From Solirubrobacterales bacterium (GTDB taxonomy: Bacteria; Actinomycetota; Thermoleophilia; Solirubrobacterales; Solirubrobacteraceae): a DNA stretch of 64,000 nt. Both the position numbers and the translations under genes were made by a program. The DNA is taken from assembly GCA_019241635.1 (NCBI GenBank), contig JAFAWR010000300.1, positions 363-64,362 of the forward strand, in the 5' to 3' direction. Under the pieces are notes generated by a model that worked only from the letters and a program-made list of their open reading frames with translations, did not search any database and was not told the DNA's origin. Position 1 is the first letter of the stretch. Each line of letters opens with the position of its first letter. Of this stretch, positions 55,918 through 64,000 are shown in pieces.

Positions 55918-57098
55918 CAGGCGGCGGCCGGCCTCGCGGCGAAGGCTCCCTCCGCCTCCTGCTCCGGCGTGACGCCCGTGCGGTCGAGGTCCCGTGCCGT
56001 GACCCGGTTGCGCTTGGAGAGGGTCCACAGCCCGAGCGCCATCGCGGCCGCGAGCAGCGCGATCACCACCGCGCCCACCTGACTGTGCTTGCCGAAGACG
56101 TTCGCGATGTTCCAAGCCGCGGCGCCGACCAGTCCGGCCGCGGGCAGCGTGATCACCCAGGCCAGGACCATCTGTCCGACCACCGGCCAGTGCACGACTC
56201 CGCCCCGCTTGCCCAGGCCGGCGCCCATGACCCCCCCCGAGACGACCTGCGTCGTCGACAGGGGATAGCCGTAATACGAAGAGGCCAGGATCGTCGCCGC
56301 GCTGGCTGACTCGGCCGCGAAGCCCTGCGGCGACTCGACCGTGGTGATCCGGTTGCCCATCGTGTTGATGATGCGCCAGCCGCCGCTGGCGGTGCCGAGG
56401 GCCATCGCGGTCGCGCAGATGAGCTTGACCCAGATCGGCACGGTGAAGTGGGTCGCGCTGAGGTGGCCGGTGGAGATCAAGGCGAGCGCGACCACGCCCA
56501 TCGTCTTCTGGGCGTCGTTGGTCCCGTGGGCCAGCGAGACGAGCGATGCCGACCCGATCTGGCCGTATCGGTAACCGGCTCTGGCCTCCTCCTGGCCCAG
56601 GCGGCGGATCAGCCGGTAGGCGGCGCTCGTGGCCAGGAAGGCGACGATGCCGCACACGAAGATCGCCAGGATCCCCGGAGCCACGACCTTCTGCACGATC
56701 CCGTGGACGCTCACCGCGCCGCTGCCCACGGACGCGATCGACGCTCCGATCAGGCCGCCGATCAGCGCGTGGCTAGAGCTCGAGGGAATCGTGAAGTACC
56801 AGGTGATCAGGTTCCAGGTCATCGCGCCGATCAACGCCGCCTCCACGACGCTGAGACCGCCAGCACCGGCGGTCGCCGAAGCCGGGACGATTCCCTTGGC
56901 GATCGTGGTGGCGACGCTGATCGAGACGAACGCGCCAACGAAGTTGAGCGTCGCCGAAAGGACAACCGCGACGACCGGCTTGAGCGCGCCCGTGGCGATC
57001 GACGTCGCCATCGCATTGGCCGTGTCGTGAAAGCCGTTCGTGAAGTCGAACGAGACCGCCGCGACGATCACGATCACCAGAACCAGGGTGGATCCCAT
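55917..57098 (-). CDS. Inorganic phosphate transporter (PiT family)
   Basis: NGFHDTANA.AT, PSSSSHAL.GG, HGTNDAQK.MG, PLSTTQ. Confidence 0.93.
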   Translation of the reverse strand: MGSTLVLVIVIVAAVSFDFTNGFHDTANAMATSIATGALKPVVAVVLSATLNFVGAFVSISVATTIAKGIVPASATAGAGGLSVVEAALIGAMTWNLITWYFTIPSSSSHALIGGLIGASIASVGSGAVSVHGIVQKVVAPGILAIFVCGIVAFLATSAAYRLIRRLGQEEARAGYRYGQIGSASLVSLAHGTNDAQKTMGVVALALISTGHLSATHFTVPIWVKLICATAMALGTASGGWRIINTMGNRITTVESPQGFAAESASAATILASSYYGYPLSTTQVVSGGVMGAGLGKRGGVVHWPVVGQMVLAWVITLPAAGLVGAAAWNIANVFGKHSQVGAVVIALLAAAMALGLWTLSKRNRVTARDLDRTGVTPEQEAEGAFAARPAAA

Positions 57099-57164
57099 GC
57101 CGCCCGGAGCGTCCCAAGTCGTCCGGCCGCGCGAGTGAACCTGCTGTGAAAACTAAGCGCGGTC

Positions 57165-58063
57165 TTACTCGGTGCGCGAGAACTGCCAGATGGCGATGCC
57201 GAGCATCGCCAGACCGAGGACGACCACCATGCCGGCCTCGAGCAGCGACGGGACGCGCCAGCCCCACCAGGTGATGCCCGGATCGAGGGCGGCCCGGGCC
57301 GCCGGCGAGATCGACAGGTGGTTGAAGACCAGGCGGCGCATCGGATCGACCGCGTAGCTCAGGGGATCGAGGCGGTTGAGCACGGCGAGCCAGCCGGGCA
57401 GGCCGGACGGCGGGAACAGGGCGCCCGAGATGAAGAACATCGGGGTGACGATCATCTGCATGACGCCCATGAACGACTGCATCTGCTTGATCCGGATGGC
57501 GATCATCACGCCGAACGCGGTGATCGAGAAGGCCAGCAGCAGCTGCAGAACGAAGATCCCGAGGATCATCAGCGGCGCGTAGGGGACGCCCACCAGGCCG
57601 GCCAGGCAGATCACGATCACGCCCTGGATTCCGGCCACGGAGGCGCCGCCCAGGCACTTGCCGATGACGATCGAGCTGCGGCGAACCGGCGCCACCATCA
57701 TCTCGCGCAGGAACCCGAACTCGCGGTCCCACACGATCGACGCGGCGGAGAACATCGCGGTGAACATCACCGCGATGCACAGGATGCCCGGGTAGATGAA
57801 GGTCTTGAGGCTCACGCCGTGGGTGCCGGCGCTGGACAGGCGCTGGAGGCCGGAGCCGAGCACGAACAGAAACAGCAGCGGCTGGACCAGCGTGGTCGCC
57901 ATGCGCAGGCGATCGCTTCGGTAGCGGATCAGCTCGCGGCGCCAGACGATCTTGATCGCGCGCAGCTCGGAGCCGACGCTGCGCTTGGGGACGGTGACCC
58001 GGACGATCTCGCCGGGTGTGGGGCCCGTCGCAGTTTCGGCGCCCGGCCGGTCCGTGGTCGTGC

Positions 58064-58067
<4 letters not shown>
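57165..58067 (-). CDS. ABC-2 exporter permease (DrrB-like)
   Basis: DREFGFLRE..VAP, FFISGALFP, PLSYAVD; 6 TM. Confidence 0.9.
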
Positions 58068-59077
<1,010 letters not shown>

Positions 59078-59098
59078 CTCGCTCAACACGTTAGGCGA

Positions 59099-59794
59099 TC
59101 AGACCTCGGAGTCCTGCTCGTCCTCGTCCTGGGCGAGGATCCGATACAGGGCGCGGCGGGTCTCAGCCAGCGTCTGGCGCGCCTTCTCGGTCTGGCGCTC
59201 GTCGCCCTCCTGGGCGACCTGCCAGGCCGCCTTGCCGATCTGGATGACCAGCGAGGCGATCTCCGAGAGCGAATGGGCCTGAGGATCGTCGTCCTGGTCC
59301 TCCGGCTCCCAGGGGGCGGGATCGGTCTTGGACTCGGCCAAGCGCTCGCGACCCGTGTCGGTGATCTCGAGCAGCTTGGTGCCGTCTCGCTCGACCGCCC
59401 GGATCAGGCCCTCGTCCTCGAGTTGGGCCAGCGTCGGGTAGACCGAGCCGGGGCTGGGACGCCAGCGACCGCCGCTTCGCTCCTCGATGATCTGCATCAG
59501 CTGGTAGCCGTTGCGCGGCTCCTCGGCGAGCAGCATCAGGAGCGCCGTGCGGACGTCGCCGCGGCGCCGGCGGCCGCGACCACCACCGAAGGGGCCTCCG
59601 CGTCCGGGTCCTCCGCGTCCGGGTCCCCCGAACGGAGGTCGGTCCCCCCAGGGGCCGCCGCGGAACTCGCGCAACGCGGCCAGCCGCTCCAGGTGATCCA
59701 TGTGCGAATGGCGCCCGCGTCCGCGGCCTTCGCCTTTCATCATCGCCAGGCGGGCGATCAGCGGCCAGGGTGCCGCCATTTCGTCGTGACTCAT
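59099..59794 (-). CDS. PadR-family transcriptional regulator
   Basis: RGDVR.ALL.LL.E.P.NGYQL, WRPSPGSVYPTL. Confidence 0.92.
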   Translation of the reverse strand: MSHDEMAAPWPLIARLAMMKGEGRGRGRHSHMDHLERLAALREFRGGPWGDRPPFGGPGRGGPGRGGPFGGGRGRRRRGDVRTALLMLLAEEPRNGYQLMQIIEERSGGRWRPSPGSVYPTLAQLEDEGLIRAVERDGTKLLEITDTGRERLAESKTDPAPWEPEDQDDDPQAHSLSEIASLVIQIGKAAWQVAQEGDERQTEKARQTLAETRRALYRILAQDEDEQDSEV

Positions 59795-59823
59795 GGTTTC
59801 TCCTTGTAGGTTATGAATATCGA

Positions 59824-59843
59824 CGATGTATAACGATATATCG
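59824..59843. promoter_or_regulatory. Probable PadR autoregulatory operator
   Basis: Perfect palindrome CGATATATCG (59834-59843) preceded by a degenerate copy CGATGTATAA, about 40 bp upstream of padR. Confidence 0.55.
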
Positions 59844-60041
59844 CCGACAGTCGTTTGTCAAGGAGGCGCTTCAGCCGCACAGCCCTCCGGCGGCACCGGC
59901 GCTTTTCGTGTCGTGCGTGTGATGCCTCTCGGCCGCGAACGCGAGTGCCGCCGAACGGCCGCCGTGGTTTCGCTCAGAGCTCTGGAGGGCCAGGCGGCGC
60001 GGCGCGGACAGCCGGGACGGTCGGGCCGGGCGCGGCGGGGG

Positions 60042-61067
60042 CTACTCGTCGTCGCCGTTGCGGGGGCCGCCGCTGCGCGAGCGGATCCAGTCGGCCGCCT
60101 GCTCGGCGAGCCCGCCGATCTGGTTGCCCATCTTCGTGACGTTGTCGCCGATGTCGCGGAAGATCGCCCGGAAGCGCTCGGCGTAGAACTCGAACGCGTC
60201 GCCGGCTTCCTGCTGGACCGGTGGCTCTTGGCCGCGTTTGATGTACTCGCCGCGCTGGATCCGGTCGTACTCGCCGCTCTGGACCCACTTCATGACTTCC
60301 GAGACCCGCCGCACCGCGTAGGGGTGGGTGCTGTTGATCTCGTAGAAGAACCGCCGGACGCGGTCTGAGGGGTCGTCCCAGTCCTCGTACTCGCGGGCCT
60401 GGGCCAGGAACGCGTCGAGATTGAGCTTGTCCGCGTGCATGCCGCCGGCCAGGACCATGAGACCCCGGCAGACGATTGTCGGATCGCGCACGACGAGCGC
60501 CTCGGCGCGGTCGCAGCTGAGCTCGGCGGCCCGTGACCATTCGAGCAGAACCGCCCGGACGGCCAGCGCCGGGATCCCGAGCGGGAAGGGGACGTTGCCG
60601 CCGACGCGCAGCAGAATCTGGAGCGCCGTCGTGTACAGCATGTGGTCGGAGAGGATGTGAGCGACCTCGTGCGCGAGCACCGCGCGCTGCTCCCCAGAGC
60701 CGAGCCGCCCGAGCAGCGGTGTCCCGACGACCACGATGGGATTCTGAGAGCCGATGGCCATCGCGTTGGCGACGATCGTGTCGGTGACGTACAGGTCGTA
60801 CGTGCGCGGCATGTCGAGGATCTTGCAGACCGCGAGCTGGTGCGCCCAGAGGTCGGGGAGCTGTCGCTCGCCGACGCGCACCGAGTTGCTGAGGAACATC
60901 TGGCGCATCGCGCGCTCGTACTGCCACTCGATCAGCTTGCGCACGACCGTGTCGAGCATGGGGACCGCCTTCAGCGCGGCGGTGGCGGCGCGGTCGGCCG
61001 GGTGCTCGTAGGCCTTGGAGGAGATGTTGGGATAGGGCTCTACATCTGCGGGGAGAGTCTCGACCAT
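60042..61067 (-). CDS. M48-family zinc metallopeptidase
   Basis: YEHPADR, NA.AIG, AHEVAH (HExxH), AELSCDR, THP...RR. Confidence 0.9.
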   Translation of the reverse strand: MVETLPADVEPYPNISSKAYEHPADRAATAALKAVPMLDTVVRKLIEWQYERAMRQMFLSNSVRVGERQLPDLWAHQLAVCKILDMPRTYDLYVTDTIVANAMAIGSQNPIVVVGTPLLGRLGSGEQRAVLAHEVAHILSDHMLYTTALQILLRVGGNVPFPLGIPALAVRAVLLEWSRAAELSCDRAEALVVRDPTIVCRGLMVLAGGMHADKLNLDAFLAQAREYEDWDDPSDRVRRFFYEINSTHPYAVRRVSEVMKWVQSGEYDRIQRGEYIKRGQEPPVQQEAGDAFEFYAERFRAIFRDIGDNVTKMGNQIGGLAEQAADWIRSRSGGPRNGDDE

Positions 61068-61127
61068 GTGCGGAGCCTACTGCCTAGACTGCCCCGCCTC
61101 GATGTCTGTCTGCAACGAGTCCGCGCG

Positions 61128-61991
61128 GTGACCGACTCCGTGTCCGCGGCCGGCCGGCTGGCGGCGCTGATCGAACAGGCCGGGTCGGTGGTCGCGCTGA
61201 CCGGCGCGGGGATCTCGGTGCCGTCCGGCATCCCGGACTTCCGCTCCCCGGGGACCGGGCTGTGGGCCAACGTCAACCCAATGGAGGTGGCCCACATCGA
61301 CGCGTTCCGCCGCGACCCGGTGGCGTTCTGGAGCTTCTACGGCCAGCGGTTCAACTCGCTCGACTCAAAGGCGCCCAACCGGGCCCATGCCGCGCTGGTC
61401 GAGCTCGAGCGCGCCGGCCGGCTCGACGCGGTGATCACCCAGAACATCGACCGGTTGCACGCCCGGGCGGGGACGAAGAGCCTGGTCGAGGTGCACGGCT
61501 CGATCTCCCACTCGATCTGTCTCGTCTGCGGGCTACGGTACGAATTGGAAGACGTGCGCCGCCGGCTTGGGGGGGACCCGGAGGGGGTGCCGCGGTGCGA
61601 GTGCGGCGAGCCGCTCAAGCCGGGCGTGGTCCTGTTCGGTGAGTTCCTCCCGGTCGAGGCGATGGCCCGGGCCGAGGCGCTCGCCGCCGGCGCGGACCTG
61701 ATGCTGTGCATCGGCTCCTCGCTCGAGGTCTATCCCGTGGCGGGCCTGCCCGAGACCACGCTGGCCGCCGGCGGCCAGATCGCGATCCTCACCCAGGGTC
61801 CGACGCCGTTCGATCGGCGGGCCGCGGTGCGGATGGGCGGCGACGTGGTCGACGAGCTCGAGGCCGTGCTGGCCGCGCTCGGGCTGCCGGCGCCCGACGG
61901 ACCGGCCCTCGCCGACCCGTCGGGGCCGCGGACCGCCGACCCGCCGGCGCTGCCGCTCGCCGACCCGCCGGCGCCGCGGACCGCTAGATGA
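61128..61991 (+). CDS. cobB: Sir2-family NAD-dependent deacylase
   Basis: TGAGIS..SGIPDFR, TQNID.LH, EVHG, Cys Zn site, KPGVVLFGE, GSSL.VYP; repetitive ADP-P tail. Confidence 0.92.
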   Translation: MTDSVSAAGRLAALIEQAGSVVALTGAGISVPSGIPDFRSPGTGLWANVNPMEVAHIDAFRRDPVAFWSFYGQRFNSLDSKAPNRAHAALVELERAGRLDAVITQNIDRLHARAGTKSLVEVHGSISHSICLVCGLRYELEDVRRRLGGDPEGVPRCECGEPLKPGVVLFGEFLPVEAMARAEALAAGADLMLCIGSSLEVYPVAGLPETTLAAGGQIAILTQGPTPFDRRAAVRMGGDVVDELEAVLAALGLPAPDGPALADPSGPRTADPPALPLADPPAPRTAR

Positions 61992-62154
61992 TTGATTCCA
62001 CGGCCACGTGGCCTTGGGGGCGGGGATGCGTCGCGCGTAGAGCGGGGCGGCGCGGTGAGGTGGGCGGGGTGGGGCGGTGCGACGAGCGGGGGGAGAAAAC
62101 CGATCTCTGCGGGGCTCGCCCCGGACACGCCGCCGTATGAGGCCGGCCGCCCGA

Positions 62155-62400
62155 TGGACCTCTTTTCAGTAGGGACGAACTCGCCACTCGGCATCTGCCG
62201 GTCCGCGAGTGGCGAGATCAGTCCCGTATAGCGCGCATTTCTCACCATTCGCGCCGCGCGGGTCCGCGAATGGCGAAAAACTCGCGGTGGCGGTGGCGGT
62301 GGCGGTGGCGAGCGCGTCGCCAACCCCGACCCGGCACACGGACCGGGCAGGGCAGCCACGATCGCTCACGGCCCGACCCTCCGGGTCGCGGAATCAATCA
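62155..62400. repeat. Dispersed structured intergenic repeat family A, copy 2
   Basis: Colinear with 7268-7494; perfect stem TCGCCACTCG/CGAGTGGCGA; internal (GGTGGC)n expansion. Confidence 0.8.
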
Positions 62401-62401
62401 T

Positions 62402-63256
62402 CTAGCCCGCCAGCGCCGCCGCTCGAGCCCTGAGCGCGGCTTCGATCCGGCCCAGCGCGAACGCCGTCGCCCCGCGCCCCTCGGCCGTCGCCTCGCCGCG
62501 GAGCGTGGCCTCGGCTGCCGCGGCCACGCCGGCATGCAGGCCGCGGAGCTCCTCCAGCCGCTCGGCGAGGGCCGGGGCGGCCAGGTCGGAGGGCAGCTCG
62601 GCCAGCGCGGCGTCGAGGGCGATGAGCACCTGCAGCGCCGCCGCGGTCTCGCGGCCGTCTTCGAGGTCGAGGCGCGCGCGGAGGGCCAGGTCCTCGCAGC
62701 TCAGCGCCCGCTCGCGTCCGGTGAGGAGCGCGGCCAGCCGGGCCTGGGCGGCCGGGATCCGCGAGCGCCGCCGGCGCGGGCCGGCATCGACCAGCTCCCG
62801 GGCGTCGGTCCAGAGCCCGTCGGCCACCTCCTCGCCGGCGCCGTAGCCCAGACGGGCGACCAGGGCGTCGGAGCGCGCGACGCCGTGGGCGCGCGGATCG
62901 GCGCTGGCCAGCCGATGAGCGTGCAGTGCGCGGTTGAGGACGGCCAGGCCGTCGGCCAGCTCGGGCTCGCCGGCGCCGTTCAGCCACTCGGCGGCGCGCT
63001 TGGCGTCGGGGATGGGGTCGCCGACGTCGACGACCGTCGCCCGAGTGGTCTCAACCGGAATAGGCTCAGGCTCAGGTTGAGCCTTATGCTGGCGCCGGGA
63101 TGGCCCGAGGCGCCGGTGCTTCCGGGCACCCAGGGTGCTCAGCACGAGCACATGCGAGGGCGCGGCGTCGTCGTCGCGGCGGATCAGGTAGCGACCGTCC
63201 GGCGGGCCGAGTGCCCGCGGTACCTCGAGCTGGCTGAAGCGAAAGAGGGCGGCGAT
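62402..63256 (-). CDS. Hypothetical protein
   Basis: Open frame 62402-63265; first canonical start GTG 63151, but protein-like sequence (LFRFSQLEVP..LGPPDGRY) extends to ATC 63256. Confidence 0.65.
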   Translation of the reverse strand: MAALFRFSQLEVPRALGPPDGRYLIRRDDDAAPSHVLVLSTLGARKHRRLGPSRRQHKAQPEPEPIPVETTRATVVDVGDPIPDAKRAAEWLNGAGEPELADGLAVLNRALHAHRLASADPRAHGVARSDALVARLGYGAGEEVADGLWTDARELVDAGPRRRRSRIPAAQARLAALLTGRERALSCEDLALRARLDLEDGRETAAALQVLIALDAALAELPSDLAAPALAERLEELRGLHAGVAAAAEATLRGEATAEGRGATAFALGRIEAALRARAAALAG

Positions 63257-63265
63257 CCGCGCAGG

Positions 63266-64000
63266 CTATTGAGCGCCGGTCTTGATCGCGTACTTGCTCG
63301 GCGAGATCGGGACGATCGGCTCGCTGATCTGGCTGATGCGGTTGATCAGCTTCGTCCACTGGCCAGGCTGCAGGATGCTGCCAGCCACCTCGGCGAGCTT
63401 CTGGTTGTTGCCGTAGAGCTGGGTGTAGGCGATCTGGATGCGGTTGGCGTGATCGGAGAGCTTGAGCGCCGTGGGCTGGTTTTTGTAGCTCATCAGCGAG
63501 ACGATCTCATCGGGCGCCATCTCGCCCTGGAGCGTGAGCAGGCGGCGAACCGTGATGTCGGTGATCGAGCTGCGGCCCTGGTGGCCCTGGATCGGGATGC
63601 CGTTGATCGCCGAGATGTCCATGCTCGCACCGGTCGCACCGGCCGGATCGACGCCGTTGGAACCGCTCGGGGTGCTCCCGCACTTGAGGCCGCTGACGTC
63701 GGGCTTCAGGCCCGAGGCCGAGAGGAACTCGATGTCGGCCAGGATCCGCCGGTCGATCGCACCCGACTGGATGTCGCGCCGTCCGCACGGATAGATGTTG
63801 ACGTTGGGATCCTCGAGCACGCGGGTTTCCAGCTGCTCCTTGGACATCAGCAGGATCTGGCCGATGGTCGGGTTCTTGGCGTGCGGGCCGAAGAACGGGT
63901 CGACTCCGGCCGCGCGGTAGACCGCGGTCGCCTCGAGCAGCTTCCAGCCGTCGAGGATCGGCTTGGGATCGATGTACGGCGCGCTCTTGCCGGCCGGCTG
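63266..64000 (-). CDS. C-terminal part of a large protein, possibly a cell-wall hydrolase (M23/transglycosylase-associated)
   Basis: Frame open to the window edge; PAG..AP.IDPKPIL resembles the end of an M23-type domain; function tentative. Confidence 0.55.
   Translation of the reverse strand, partial: QPAGKSAPYIDPKPILDGWKLLEATAVYRAAGVDPFFGPHAKNPTIGQILLMSKEQLETRVLEDPNVNIYPCGRRDIQSGAIDRRILADIEFLSASGLKPDVSGLKCGSTPSGSNGVDPAGATGASMDISAINGIPIQGHQGRSSITDITVRRLLTLQGEMAPDEIVSLMSYKNQPTALKLSDHANRIQIAYTQLYGNNQKLAEVAGSILQPGQWTKLINRISQISEPIVPISPSKYAIKTGAQ

Noticed and set aside
61900-61985. Repetitive ADP-P tail of the sirtuin as a functional domain
   Set aside because: Low-complexity local tandem duplication with no evidence of function

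Overview
High-GC actinobacterial DNA; the gene set suggests Thermoleophilia/Solirubrobacterales (inference). I saw no rRNA, tRNA, CRISPR array or transposase. Four blocks: (1) 1-7.1 kb, three tandem secreted proteins with different N-termini and a shared C-terminal FN3-like plus FecR-like (AATVRGT) module, then a fourth secreted protein that runs off the window. (2) 7.5-25.3 kb, a dense signalling island: 3 Ser/Thr kinases, 3 FHA proteins, 2 class III cyclases (one with CHASE2), a STAS protein, a cNMP-binding flavoprotein, a two-component pair, plus GH15 and a flavin reductase. (3) 25.4-45.7 kb, the main find, a candidate biosynthetic cluster. Divergent TrpF, TrpC, TrpD and TrpA homologs (no TrpB, no TrpE/G) are interleaved in one operon with a PltF/RedM-like adenylation enzyme, a carrier protein, a solitary EctC-like cupin and a PltE/RedW-like dehydrogenase. 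Nearby are a PRPP synthetase, two flavin-dependent halogenases, a cNMP-patatin and a cation/H+ antiporter. Residue changes suggest a hypothesis: Gln -> 5-amino-pyrroline-2-carboxylate -> carrier-bound aminopyrrole, ring-fused by repurposed Trp enzymes to a halogenated pyrrolo[2,3-b]pyrrole (indole isostere). (4) 45.8-64 kb, mostly housekeeping genes (MoxR/VWA, DUF559, ArsA, acyl-CoA dehydrogenase, PiT, PadR-ABC, M48, sirtuin). Two families of dispersed structured intergenic repeats also occur. All calls come from reading motifs by eye; no database searches were run.
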